From: Podarcis bocagei
Lineage: Eukaryota
DNA length: 64,000 bases
Assembly (NCBI GenBank): GCA_964188305.1
Contig: OZ076893.1
Reading direction: 5' to 3' (one strand)
In this document: positions 40,801 to 55,800 of the stretch, piece by piece
How positions within the stretch are numbered: position 1 is the first letter of the stretch
Layout: each line of letters begins with the position of its first letter
The notes under the pieces: generated by a model
Database searches by the model: none
Seen by the model: only the letters and a program-made list of their open reading frames with translations
What the model was told of the DNA's origin: nothing
Position numbers and translations under genes: made by a program

Positions 40801-43800
40801 CCCAGAGTCGGCCACGACTGGACCTAATGGTCAAGGGTCCCTTTACCTTTACTGCACTCATGTCTGTTTCATTTATGGAAACAGTGTGGAGCTGGAGTAC
40901 AGAGACCCACAATCTAATGCCAGTTCAAGATCTTTTTCAGCCACCATCTACTGTGTCCCTGTCAAAAGTTTAGAACACTTACTTTGCTTCAGTTGTTTTA
41001 CTAGCTTTCTCCATGTTCTTTAAACTCTCTGGTGACCGGAGCTGAAACCTACAGCTGTCATTCATATTCCAAACAGATTCCATTAAGACGCCAACTTTAG
41101 GAATCCCAGCGCTAATTGAAAAAGCAACAGCTCCAGCATGATAGAGAGGATTATTTCTCAAACACACCTGCAATCAATCAACAAGGGAGTTAAACAACTA
41201 TTTTTGTTTGTTTGTTACTCACCCTTCACCCTAAAGTCCCATTCATGCCAAATGAAGAATCAAAACTATGTAAGCAAAACAACACTTAGAAGAGGTTAAG
41301 TACTTAATATAGTTTTATCAGGTTTTTTAGTAGGGGCATATGGAATATTATCTCTTTCTTAGCTGCGAAAGTCTCTGAATGGGTGTAGCCAATAGAGTGC
41401 ACCTTCCAGATGTTTCTGGACTACAACTCCTATCATCCTATCAATTGGCTGTGCTGGCTAGGACTGATAGGAATTGTAATCCAACAGTATCCGGAGGGAA
41501 CCACATTGGCTACCCTTGTTTCCTACCACATAGTTTCCTAATAAGGGCACTAGGTTTGAAGGGAAGGAAAAGGTTAAGGCAAAAGGGCAACTACAGGCAC
41601 ACCAGCATATCGGAAACTTTTTAGGAGCAACAGTGACAACGCAGAGGAGAAAGGCAAGAGCCTAATATGGTTGCAGCTAGTTCACAGCACAGAGCTGCGT
41701 ATGAACAGGTGGTTTAAGCTCTGTCACTTCAGGTTATGGGAGCACTTACGTTAGAGTCTATCTGCAGACTATTTGCACATGTCACTGCATCATAAAAAGG
41801 GTCTTAATGGCGGATTTGTTTCTTCTCAAAGCTTTAAAATGTCACACAGTAAGCCTCTACATACCTGAGTACCAACAGTGATATTTGGCATTGAGGAGAT
41901 ACCAGCACTAGACTTAGGCTTTTTATTTTTGGCTCTAGCCTTTTCCAGCATCTTCTTCCTTTGGCTAAAAGGAACTACACCCCTAGGAGGAAAAATACTA
42001 ATATAAGGTTTAAAAAAAAAAGAGCTGTGTTATCTTTATTATCCATAAATGTGATTTTCAAGGTGATGTGGTATTGATTAAAAGGAAAAAAGAAGTGCAT
42101 TTTCAAATGTTTATTTCCAGAGCTAATAAAATAAAATAAGATCTGAGAAGCTGAGCTCCCGAAAACATTATTCCTGCTTACAGGAGGTTCCATGTAGTCA
42201 TATGTATAGGAAATGTGTCTGTGTAAACCAAACAGGTCCCTCCAAGAAAGTCTGAAAAAACTGAAAGCTCAGGGATGCTGCCAACCCTCACTCGTACACA
42301 GCAGCGTTCCACACATCAGCCAAGGAGGCAGAGGCAGCATTTCCCCACTTAGTTCTACCAACAAACCATTGTATACAGCATGACCAAAGACTTGCTTTTG
42401 AATTGATTTCTTAATTGAAGTATTTTTAAAGTGCCCTTCATCCTAACTCAAGCAAGGGCAGCATATAAAACTTAACATGCCAAGAATACAATACAATAAA
42501 ACAATACAGCAACATCACGCATAAAGCATTCAGAGCCAACTGAAAGTTTCAACAACTGTGATTGCTGCCTAAGAAAGCAAAGCAGGAGTTGTGAAAATCT
42601 GACTGAGATCTTGCTACCACATTCACAACCCTAGTTAAGCAGAGCCTTACTGACCGGGGAGAAAGGTGGGAAACAGTTTTCATAAAAAGGATAAAGCAAA
42701 AAAACCAAGCAATATTCAGGGTTCAAATTTTGTGGCCAGAAAGAAACTGAGGGAGGGCAATGGCTTCACCTTTTTCCCAACGTGTGGAATGTGGCAGTCC
42801 ATGGGGCAGGAGGGGGAAAGCACTCCTAATCTTTCAGAGCTTTCTAGAAGGTTCCTGCTATGATCTGTGCAGCCAGTGGGACTGTTCATAATCAACCAAA
42901 AGAAACTTGCGTTGCTGACCAATGCCACTTAAATGATTGAATCATTTAAGGACACATTGGTTCTCCTGCATTGTTTATTATAGCCATTACTAATCTGATT
43001 TAATTTAATAATTATTAAAAGATTTTTCAGGCTACATTTCCAGACAAAGTCCTCTTCAAACAATGTATACAATATGCACTATGAAACAAAATAATATTAT
43101 TAAAATTTTGATACAACTTGATACGGAATACATTCATGGTCAATTTTAAGTCACCTTTTTAATCAGTGTCTGGAAGAATTAGGAAAACAATATATAGATA
43201 AAGGCTTTAAGCCATTACAAATCTGTACAACCTGGCAAAAGCACAAAAGAGTTTAGACAGTTTCAGAGTAATATCCTCCCTGCACCATCAAACCGACACA
43301 CTTCTCACACATAAAATCTTATTTACAAAAATCAACTAGCACTATTAATAAGCAACTTGGCTTTTGTGCTAGTTTAGACATAAGGCCCCAATGAAAGAAT
43401 GGAAGTAAAATTAAGCAGTTAGAACTTCTATATTGCACCCCTGCTTCTAAACATATTTTCGCAAGTGAAACCCTCAAAGGACACAATACCTACTCACCCA
43501 CTGACTGCCAACACAAAACTGGACTGATCCTACAGAAGATGCTTAACCACCTGTGATGAAATGCCTCAACTATAATAATCACAGTTGTGTCTTAGACAAC
43601 TCCAATAGGGATATCAGCCTTGTAGAAACATTTATTTATAGATTTTATGTCATATGCAGTGGAATATCTATTGTCGTAAAGCTGTGAAGGTTTGTTACGG
43701 TAATAAAGCATTAGCTCTTCTAACTCTGAAAGCATCCTAAATACAAAATTCATTAAAATAATTCTGCGTCAAGTCACTTCAATGCTTTAAGGACAAGAGC

Positions 43801-46800
43801 ATGCTTTGTTTCTCTTTGATCCAAGTACAGTCCTTTCTTCAAAGCAATGTAACCTCCTAAAGAATTCTAACTAGAAGAGAAAATTCAGTTCCATTAAAAA
43901 AAGAGAAAGATGCGTATGAACAAGGATGGGTAAATTTAATGTACCTTAGTGACCCAGTTCACACCATGGTAAACCAGTTATTGGTTTATTTGGTTAACAT
44001 GCCAATCTTACCCACTTTGCTCCTGTATGAGCCACAATCACTGTCTTAGCTTTATGTCAAAACTAGGGATAATGGTTAGTTTCAGTCAAACAAATAATGC
44101 TTAGGGAGCTAAGAACAAACCTTGACCACAGGTTGTAGTCTGAAGCAAACAAACCATAATCTTTGGTTTCAACATAATGCAAAACCACAGATCATGGGGA
44201 AATGACAGGGGGAAATGCTATGAATAAGTCAGACATTAAATCGTTATAACAAAAGGGAGAAACGCTATGGAAAATAGCTTAGAATTTTGTTTGCTCTCTG
44301 GCACCATCTGGTGTTGCATGTTTATAACACATTCAAAACACTGTTTCTTGGCTAATATAGCCAAGTCCATGGTATGTTTCTCCCATTCATTAGTCAGGCA
44401 ATAGCACAGGGGGCAAGATCAGCACATTCTTAGTAAACCATTAACTGCTGTTTACCATGACATGTGAACAAGGCCGATGTCAACTTCTCTTCTATTGGTT
44501 TTCAAAGAGCAAAAAACCATTATTTGGACTCTGAACTGAAATATACACTTACCACCAGTACAGGTTATTCTCCAGCTGAGCACAGGTATAAAGAGCGCAG
44601 CAATGCAGGGAAACTATCCGCTCTCCTTGAAGTTCAGAGTACGTCTGTGCCGTATGTTCTAGTTTAGAAGCTACAGAACTCAAGGTTTCATCTACCCAGG
44701 TAGCTACCTAAAAGGAATAGAGTACAGCCCTGGAGTGGATCTTAACAAAAATATGCCTTTGCATTCATGCAGGGCACGATACAAAACAATGAGAATATAA
44801 TCTTGAGATTATTCAGGTGCAACCACTTCCAGTATAGTGCTTTGAAGTTTTGCTTCAATCCTTTTTGTTCTAAGCATGCCTTGGCCCTGCTACAACCATT
44901 TTATCAAGCCAGAAGTAGTTCATATTATCACAGAACTCCCCCACTGTACCCATGTCTGCAAGACTTTGTAGACAGTCACTCCTCACTTCCTTGAAATGAA
45001 CAGGAAGCTTTCGTAGGTGGAGCCACGATATGCATCCAGCAGAGAGCACAGAGTGCCTGGACTTTATCTCAGAATATTATGCTCGAATATTTGGATTAGC
45101 AACTTTTAATACAATGGACTAACTACTTGTTAGTCACTTGAGACCAAGGGGAAGTTTGTCATTAAGGAAGACAAACCTATTTCTGAAACCTTAAGTGCTA
45201 CATTTCTATGGAAAATAAGCTTTCTAAGACACATGGACAAGAATAACTCAAGACCCTGCTTTATATCAGAGATGGCTACCCTGTTGCCCTCCAGATTTTG
45301 ACAGCCTATAACTCCTGTCGATCTCAGACAGTATGGCCAACTGTCTAGGATGATGGGAGCTCTAGTTCAACAACTTCTGAAGTGTCACAGGATAGCCACC
45401 CCTGCTTTACACATTCTCTACTTTTACAGCAGCTTCATTTTTTTCTTATGGATTATTCTTCTAAAGAAGGAAATTTCTTTAATTTTGTTACCAGGCCAAA
45501 GTCTTCTCAATTTTAACAGCAAACAGAGTCAAAACATTCTTTTATCTTCTTTCTAGCATGCCCTGGCTTGTTTTTGTGATGAAAAGTTCTTGCTTCAAGG
45601 TTATTCACAAAACCAATCTCTGCAAATGATTTGCTCAAGGCCAGCTGTAATCTTTTTCTATAGAATGGCAATGCAAGGGGGACATTAAAAGCACTGAATT
45701 TTATCCTCAGTGTTTTGTACCTTATTGTTTTCTGTGGCAACAGTTGCTCTGATGCTGTTTGCAGAAAGGAGGACGATCTTCTCGTTGGTTAATCCCAGGG
45801 ACACGGCACGTGGGTGATGTATAGAAGGATTCTTTGAAACAAAAATGAAGCAGACAATATTTTAAAATGCCGCCACTGAAATAACACTTGTGGCTACCAA
45901 ACATTTGGCAGGGAGGGAGACCTAGTCTTTGTCTCTCTCCCAAGTCATAACAAGGGAACAGTCATTACCCCATACCAAGAGCAATGGTATACCTTTTGCC
46001 ATAGAAGCAAATGGGCGCTATTCATATATGACAGAACGTTACAAGGAAGCCAAGCAACACATCAAAGAGCCCCACCACTTTGCTATGGCTGCTCCTCTCC
46101 AGCTCTCAGGTTGCTGCTGCTGCTGAGGGGAAGGAGGAAAGATGCACAATTTCAAGCACAGCCGGAGGCAAACCTTTCCTGACTGACTTTCTCCCAGCCA
46201 CTGTAATCTTCAATTAAAATGGCGAAGCTGCTAGGGAAGAGGAACTGGCAGTGGCTTTCCAGATCCAGCACTAGGCGCGGAGACCTCACTATTCACACTG
46301 AAGTGTAATCAAAGCAAAAACTGTAATGTAAAAGATTTTCCACATCTGCTTTGATACCATGTGGATGACTGGACACAAGACTTAACTTCTGAATGTGTAT
46401 TTGTCCTGCAAGACAACACTATGCTTGGTATAATTGTTTATTTAAAAATTCAATAAAGTTTGTAATAAGAATTTTTAAAGATGCACAGGAAGCTCTGTAC
46501 ATTTTTTTTTAAGCAACTACATTTTTGTATACAAGAGATTCCCACATTTTACAGAACATAGCTAGACATACCTGTGCATTTCTGTAAGGTTCAGATTCGC
46601 TCCATTTCCACTGATACAGCTCCCCTTTACTGCTCACTGCCACAAGCTCAGAATACAGAGCACCAATAGAAATAAATTTCATCCCATCCTATAAAAGCAA
46701 ACAAGTGAAGCTTAAAACTTCAAAATTATGAGTGCTAAACACTCACATATATTATAAGTTCATCACAAAGAAAAAGAACTGTTCAGACCATTTGGTGTCT

Positions 46801-49800
46801 GTGAGAAGGTGACAGGTTATAAGAAATAGTTTTATATTTGGTAAAAATAATTATTTTAGATTGTATTTTATTTCTGACATTGTTAGGGTTTGGGCTGTAT
46901 CATTAGTGGGTTCTGTGTAATTTCAGAGATGAAATTTAAGGGGCTCTAAAACCAAAACAGCACAAGTGACTCTTGAAAGATTTATCAGGAAATGCTAACT
47001 TCTGTATACTCAGTGGTTCAATGGTTGTAGATGAAGAAATGAGAAAGGTTTTACAAAGGAACACGTATAGTGGATTATATGGTCATTCCTCTAACGCTGG
47101 CTATACAAGTGGAAGAGTTTCTAGTTCTATTAGGACTGAGAGGTGTCCTATACAGAAACCAATCCTTGGAGTAATATAGAAGAGGTGTCACAAAGGAGGG
47201 TTTGGTGGCCACCTGAATTTGAATTAGTCTTCATTCAAAAGAAATGACGGAATGTTTTGTTGTCATCTGTAGAAACCTCATCTGGAGAAGCTGAAGAAAT
47301 GCTGTTGTGCTTTGAACAAATCACTGAATTATTAAAATCAAAGCTGCCGAGTAAGTCATGATTTTCAGGAAGAAGAAAACAGACCAAGCTTAGGTATGAT
47401 AGGAATTGCTGGACTATTATGCATGAATTGAGGAGGTCGTTTGTTAAGATGAATGAAACCATGGAATTCCAAGATTTAGAATTTCTCCTTGAATTAAGAA
47501 GAGAATATAAACAATGGAAGCAGCAAAAGAAAATCAGGTGCTATGCAGTTTTGAACACATATTATGCTTGTATCAAGAGGCAGATAATCTTTCTGGAAAC
47601 TGATAGTGACGGAAACAAACTGAGTGCCTATTTTTGAATTACCTTTACATTCAGCCTAACAGCTTTCTCATAACCACTTGAATTGGTGTGGTGAAATGCT
47701 GCGACCTTTCAATGGAGCATAAGACATTTTGATCCAAATTCTACCTGATCATCAGGAATCAGCAGAGGCTTGACAACCATATGTCAGGAGTGCTCTGGTG
47801 GTGTTTCCTGCTTGGCAGGGGGTTGGACTCGATGGCCCTTGTGGTCTCTTCCAACTCTATGATTCTATGATTAGTGATGCATTCTGTTAATCCAAAAGAC
47901 TCAACTGAACTTTGGACACATGTTTTACATCTTGCCCTTCCATCTTCCCCAGCCATTTAATTGCAAGTACTCCAAAAATGTTAAAAGCACATAAAGTTGT
48001 GGTCAGTTCTCTCGTCCCACTTCTCTTGCCTTGCTCTAGGGAGGGGCATTATATATCATGTCACAGCAAGCTCCTCATTCTTCGATTCTCCAAAGAAGCA
48101 GCAAGCCAGGAAGCTTGACCGATGACGCGTGTCTTAAACTGAACCCAGGAGAATACAATTCCAAGAGAGATGAGAATGGAATAAACAGGCCCACAGCTTA
48201 ATGTTCCTGTGCTGGGCATCTCAGGTTAAAAAATAAGTCCACTGCATCGAATAAGATTCTGCTAATTCACAACATATGTAGCTCAGCAACTGAGTGCATG
48301 GCTTGCATGCGAGAGGTCCCCAATTCAGCTCCTGCCAGGTAGGACTGAAAAGATCCCTGCCTGAAATCTGCAGCTTCCTCTAGACTCCACTGTTCTCAAG
48401 ACTCTACTGCACTTCAGATACCCATTTAATTATATCTCCTGCTTTGAGAAAAGGCTACTTCACAGTACGTACCCCCAAAATATTGGAAGCAAATAATGAA
48501 GGGGAGCAGATACTTGCCTACACTAATTAAGAGTCCAGACTGGCTTTCAGTCTTCTGGGAAAGGAAGGCACAAATATAGGAAGTAGTTTCAAAGACAAAA
48601 TAGCTCATGTCCATTCAAAAAGGACCACTAGCAATAGTAGAATTCTTTAAGCTAAATATATATCATATGACCCACCCACTCTTCACAACATTTGTCCCTT
48701 AGAAGGGCAGGGAGGAAAAGAGAAATAGGTTCATAGTTGCTTTTTTATCTTCAGAGCAAAAGGAATCATTTTCAGCTGACACTAACAAATAATCACACTT
48801 CTCGAACGAAGGAGGAAAATAACAGCAACAGTGTGAAGATGAGTTCTTTCATCCGCAAGGCGACAGAAAACAAGTGAACCAACTGGTGAAAAGGGAAAGA
48901 ATAGACAGAAGAAACGCAAAGGATCAGCTTAAAAAAATATCACCCCATTGCTTCAAAGGATGGCAAACGCGTTGATAAAGACAGAAGAGTACTTGTTCAG
49001 GCTCCCAAAAAATATCAGTTGACACAATTAATTTTCTGTCCAAGTGAAAGGGATGCTAACTATAAACTACTTAAGGCAGGAGGCCTGTGCACACTTCCAT
49101 TCAAGGCAACTCCCTTCTATTAAATTCAATAATACTTAATTTTCCAAGTGAATGAGTTTATGATTGAGCAACACATCAAAACTGAAGTGACATGCACACG
49201 AATGATCCACATTCAATGTAAACATGTCCATAATGTAGGAATTACATGCAGGGGCATTTGATGAGGAAGGTGGCAGGGGGAGAAAAGAGATAGATCCACA
49301 TTTACAGACAATACAAGATATTCCAATTTTGCATTTTTAATAAAAATAAAATACAACCAAAATACCTTATCCGGCCACCACTGCAAGTCCTCTCCTAAAG
49401 AGACTGGGCTTTGGACAGGTGTGTTCTTCTTGTCAAGGTTTGGCTCCCCTTCTTTGCTTGTAGAGCCTCTTTCATTATCAAATGAGGCTCCATCAAGCCA
49501 CCTTCTTTCACGCAANNNNNNNNNNNNNNNNNNNNNNNNNNNNNNNNNNNNNNNNNNNNNNNNNNNNNNNNNNNNNNNNNNNNNNNNNNNNNNNNNNNNN
49601 NNNNNNNNNNNNNNNNNNNNNNNNNNNNNNNNNNNNNNNNNNNNNNNNNNNNNNNNNNNNNNNNNNNNNNNTATAGATTTCACTTAAGTGTAAATATAAA
49701 AATGACATGCAACACTCAAAATATTAACCCTTTCAAGCATATGTACTTTGGTATTGCCAAAATAATTTGAAATGCAAGAATGAGACTAGAAAAAAAGTTC

Positions 49801-52800
49801 AAAATCTGAAGTTTCAAGCTACTCAAAAAATGAATTAACAGAAGAAGAAAAATTACCTCACTGTTTACTTAGGATGAGATAAAAGGTGATTTAAGATTTT
49901 TATAGTACCATATGCAAAGAGTATATTGTGGGTGATCTTATCAAAGAACAGCAAGAAAAATAGATGCCACCAAACAAGGCAATGTCTCTTTTAGAGACTT
50001 TTTAAGCTAACCAAAAAGGAGTGTTTATTAGAGAGTCTCAGAATTTTTCCCAACCACCACCACCACCACTTGAAAAGGTTAAAAAACAATCTTAAACTTC
50101 TGTAAAATTTGCTAATCCAACCCCTTCATTTAAACAAACATATAGGACTCGCTTTGATTTTTAAAAGCTTGTGGCAAAGCTGCTTAACTGAAAATTTTTG
50201 TAGTCAGACAACGTTCTAAAAAGATTTTTGAAGGAGAATGTTCCTTACCAAAATGCTTTCCCTCCAATTGGCCTAAAATTGTCTAAAGCCAGTACTCTCC
50301 AGTTCTCTCATACAATTAAAATTTTAAGTCAGGTAATCAAGCTAAATATCCAAGAGTCAAATATACATGGAAAATAAGGATTTTTTTCATCTTAACATAG
50401 AAATAACCTTAGAAAGGAAAAAGGGAGTGATTTAAGAAAAGTCAGAGGTTGAATATACGTACATGCACATAATGCATTTAACATATGAGTCTTCATTTGT
50501 ATTGATAAACTCTTTAAGAACAAATCTCTCGTCTTTCCTCCTTGCTCTCTTTTTCCTTCTGGTATCTGTCATTTCATTCTCTTCCTTTATTTCAAAACTA
50601 ATCTCCACATAGCTTACTTCTCTCCCCCCCCCCTTGCTCTACAGCCCAATTCTTAACAACTTTTCTTTTTATCTCCCATGACCCATCTACTCGGACTAAT
50701 GCTGGGCCAAAAACCATCTCCCACCCTAATGGTAGTGTTCATGCCCCATCAAAAGGTTTTGGGGGACATTTTCTGCAACTTTTGGGGCTAGTAAGGCAAA
50801 TTCAACAAATTGAGAAAGGCCTCCCTCTACGATATGAGGTGGTGGAGGGTTCCTTGCGCTTCAAAAGAAAAAAGTTAATCAAGAAACAAAGAAGTTTTCC
50901 TTCTGCTTGAAACAGAGCTACAATTGACCGTCTGTTGATAGGTCCTATAAAATGCTAAATAGGAATGACTAAATCATGATGAGCGACTGTGTTCACTGCC
51001 TCAAACAGCAGTAGAAAATCTTCCATTTGAACAAAAAGGTAGTTGTGATAACGTTTTCCTTCATACTGATATCAGTAATTTTCAGTCTCTCTCCACTTCT
51101 GTGCTTGTATGAATTTTACTGCCATTGTTTACACCAGAACTATGCCTTTGGGTTAGGGAAAAGGAGGAGGAGATGGGTGTACTGGGGGGGGGGGGCGCTA
51201 TTTATTTATTTGTTTACTTATTTACTTATTTTTAAAAATAAACAAAAAGTAAAAACATTAAGGAAACCCTCAGACACCTCATATTGTATAAGTAAGCCCT
51301 CTTGCCCCCCAAAATGCATCCAATATGCCACCCCCCCCCCCAAAAGGCAACTCTGGCTGTTCTAAGTCCACCCAGTCCCTATCCCCAAGATCACTGGGGG
51401 GAAATGGGCCAAATAGGTCAAACTTAAGCACATTTAAAACAGCTTTTAGAGTAGATGAAGAGTAGACTAAGAAGATCGTGTAAACCTTCTCCCCACCACC
51501 TTCTGCATAAATTCCTCTTCTTTCCTCCCTCCAGCTTTGGAATTACATGCGGCCATTGCCAATCCAAGTTAAGATGAAACCAAGCATGTAATAAACTCAT
51601 TCCAAGAACCCTAATGGTTTTGTCTCTCTTTTAATGTAGAAACTGAAGACAGAGTGTGTGCACTCGAAGAGGTAGGAGGAGGATGCATGTGATCCTGCAG
51701 CCTGCACTCAACACCTAAACCAGGGGTCAGCAAGGTTACCAGACGATGGGCCGGTCTACACTCCATCCGTCGGTGGATGGGCAGGAGCATGTGTGCACGC
51801 ACACTCTTCTGGGTCAGAGGAGCGCCTGTGCGCCATCAATCCGGAAGCTGGTCCCCGTGCCGCACTGGTAAGAGCGGGCAGTGGCAGGGGTTGCCATAGG
51901 CCTTAGGTTGCTGACCCCTGACCTAAACCCTAGCTTCAGCGTTATGTCTGAACCATGTCTCAAGAATGATGACAAGGTATTTTGTTCTAATCCTCTACGT
52001 CACCTACAGAAACTGCATAAATAATTTTATGACGCTAGATTGGATAAATCTAACAGGTCGAGAAAATTAAAATTATGCCTAATACGTACAGCAACCATTT
52101 TATTGATCCTAACTTGTGATAACACTTAGATATTCAGGTACTGGAATATCTAACAGAAAAAAATTGGAATGGGCAGAGCAATACTCCATGAAGATCATGA
52201 TAGAGGTTGGATTAACAATTAGCAAAATGTTATGGATACGCATAATAGTTATTTTTAAGAAGCTATGAAGGAATAACTAAGTATCAGATCTGGTGTTACA
52301 TTTCATACGCTTTTCAAGTCATGCTTAGAACTTGACACCATGCAAAGTATTCTGTCATTGCAATGGGTTATGAATAACAGACATGGAATTTGAGCACTGC
52401 AAGCCATTTCAGAATGCAGTTAAATTCCAGCTTGCCCGACCTATTGTTGAGTATGTCATTATTACTACACTTTGCAAAGAAAATGTTTACTCTTAGAGCA
52501 GTGCATAAAGAGCAGCGGAAGAGCTTTCAATGCTACCTACTGGAACAGATGTAGGACTTCTAACTATACTATTGAGTTATGCCTCCAGACTCAGGAAGGC
52601 ACAAAATTCCCTGTGTACCATGGATACTGAGCAATTGAACTCCCTTTCGGAATGTTGCATGAGAAAAACATTGGGTTTTTCAGTAAGTACTCCCTAAGTA
52701 GGCATGGTTTTTTTAAAAAAATTGGCTTTAGGCAGATTGCTTTTTGAAAGCCTCATGCACATTTCACCTGTCAAACCTTTCAAACATACTGCTAGCAATT

Positions 52801-55800
52801 AATTTCACACACTTACATCATACAGTTTTTACAGCTTAATGCAAGAAATTTTATTTATCTATATTTAAAACAGAAAAGGGTTGTACACACAAAACTAAAG
52901 ACAAAAATCACCAGCATGTGCTATAACTAGTGTACTGCACAGCAATGCTACTTATTTACAAAGAAAAAAAAGGTGCAAAATTACCTCGGGACGAGCTTAG
53001 CCTGGAAAGTGATGAGCGCCGAAAGGATGGATAACCAAAGTAACTAATATCTTCTGAAAACATAGCATCAGCATCAATAATGACACTTGGGTGAGCAGAA
53101 TGTATGTCAGCATCCAGAAGAGACATAAGATCCTCTATAAGAGGAGACAAGGATCTGAGGTGAATTATCAGCTACTTGAAATATCATCTTGAAAGACCAT
53201 CACCAAACAAGACAAAACCACCAACAAAAACTGATGTTCTGTTCTTCAGATTCCCTAGCGTACGGATGTATTGCCTACTGCTCACATATGCGATCAAGCA
53301 AAATGTCCTGATTTAAGAAACCAATGTTAGCTATATCAACTGCTTGGTCTAAACTAATCCAGACATGGTTCAAAGCTGGAAGCGGTTAAACAATATAAAA
53401 AGAACAAGGCTCAATAAGTTTATGTTCCAGAAGAAAGCAGATAAAAAGACTTCCTCCAAAGCGAATAAAGCTCATGTTTGCCTATTACTAAGACAATAAC
53501 TTCCTAAACTGGAAAATGTCATTTTGAATAGAGTCTGCTGATAACGTCTGCAAGAAATCATAAGCATGGCCCCCCCAAACAAACTCTACGTTTTCTATCA
53601 TGAAGTAACTGATTTTAATGGTAGGACAGTGCCCCATCTTTTAATACTCTATCCTGAGATTATAAAGATCCTACCTTAGGTGCTCGAAAAAAATATCTGC
53701 CCTTCTGACTTTCTGTTAAATTCTATTAAATTTATTTTCCAACACAAAGCAGGAAATGCTGTCCACATTGACAGCAGATATATTTTTATATTTCTGGCAG
53801 TGTTTTTCAAGCTCTATAAAATCACACCCCACTTCTTACATTAACTAGGCTTTCCATAGACATTCCCAACCACAAGCCTTGCTATGGGTACTCATCTAGG
53901 TGCACTGAATGCGTCCACCCATCGTGGACATCTCTCTATTAAGGTAATCTCATTGAGACTGCAACTTTCACTTTGAGAAACCCTGATATTTTAATACATC
54001 TGATACCAATTGTACATGCAAAATTGTTTTCAGCTTCTTTCCTCCCTCGCCCAAAATGTCCTTCACTGGTACCTTGCACCATCCCAGGGATCCCTCCACT
54101 AAGTCAAGGAAACATAGGTTTATGCAATCCTTTCAGCGTCCATCCTAAGAATCACAACCTCAACACTAATTACTTTCAGCTTCTCTGCACATGGCATCCT
54201 CTAGAACAGTAGTTCCCTGCCCCAAAAAATAATCCCCACAAACCACTTGAAAGTTGCTGAGGGTCTTGGCAGACCACTTCATAATTTTTCTGCCTGTTGT
54301 AACAACTGTAATGTGCTGTGCCCAATGCTATATGATCTGCAACTGTGCTTTTACTCACATATCACAGGGTACCTGAATGAAGCTTGCAGACCACTTGTGG
54401 TCCACAGACAATGATTTGGGAATCCTTGCTCTAAGAACAAGGATAAAGAATTTGTGCCCCTACAAATGATGTTGGGACTACATGGCCAATGGAAATTTCA
54501 CTCCAACAACATCTGGAGGGCCACAGCTTCCCCACCCTTGCTCTTAAAAAAAGGGTTGAAATTTTCAATTACTAGTAATCAGTGCTTTTTGTCTAGAAAA
54601 ATAGGTGCTGGTACTCACAATGAAGCTATTACAGTTAAGTGCCACACTTTTTAACAACAAAAAGAGGTGCCAGTACTACGTACCAAACAAAACATTCCTT
54701 ACACAGATATCACCAAATACCCAACTGGATAAATCTACATATGTAACTGAAACAAGCCCAAAATATAAACATGCTAAAACAACAACACCTATTTCACTAT
54801 CTGTCTGTGAACTATTACCTCTGAAAAAATTACCAGGCAAAGCTAAAGCCAATAGGGCACACCACCACTTGACCTCTTCCTAATGCACTGTTCAAAGCCT
54901 CCAACAGATGCTTATTTCATATGAAATCCTCCTGATACAGTGATGATTGAGAATTTGAAGGTCACATTAACAATAAACAGTAGAGCTGAACTCTCCTGTA
55001 AAAACAATGGAGTAACTTGGCTGAATAATTTTGTTCAGTGCTGCAACACAGATTCCAATAGTCGCACCAAAACTACTGCTGCAGCTCAGAAGCCAAGTAT
55101 TTTCCCGTGACAATGGCCATCAGAACACAAAGTTAAGATAAATAACCAAAGAAACCAGAATGTTCAACTCTGGAAAATTCCGTGTATATAGAATACCAGG
55201 AAACGGGGGCAAGTACTGACCAGCTTTAAACAGCAAGGCTTTGCTCTCCAAGCAGGACCCTTTTTCATGCAGCCTCAGGACTGTTTCATGTCCATATTTT
55301 ATCAACATGAGACAACTTTGGCAGTTACCTTTTGGTGGAGATGCACATGCCCCAATGTGCACCTAGAATACCATCACCTTGTATCTCAAAATTGGGACTT
55401 GCTGAGCATCTATTGAACCTTACAAGGAATGTGATAAACCTCCCTGACCTAAAAGTGCCGTCAAGTCTATTTGAGGTAAAAGTATTGCTGTGTAAATTGT
55501 TTTGTTTTGTTTTAGTAAATTTTACCTAATTCATATTTAATGTCTCAAAGCAACAAGAGCATTACAACTGTAAGCGCATTTTGTAGGAATAAAGGTTTTT
55601 TTAATAGTCATGCTTTCAAATATGTATTTCAATGAGTAAAAACAGGGGTGCTTTGTCTACCTGTCTGTGACTCATCTGCCACTGAGCTTGCTCAGTTCTT
55701 CCCAACGACAAGAAATCACACAAGCAAACCAAGCCCCGCAAAAGACAGTCTAAGAGAACACTAGCCTTTGAAAGGGGTTGGGGATGTAGGAGCTACTCTC

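Noticed and set aside
49213-49708. ORFs containing X runs
   Set aside because: Artefacts of the N gap; only the UBR5 exon 9 part is real
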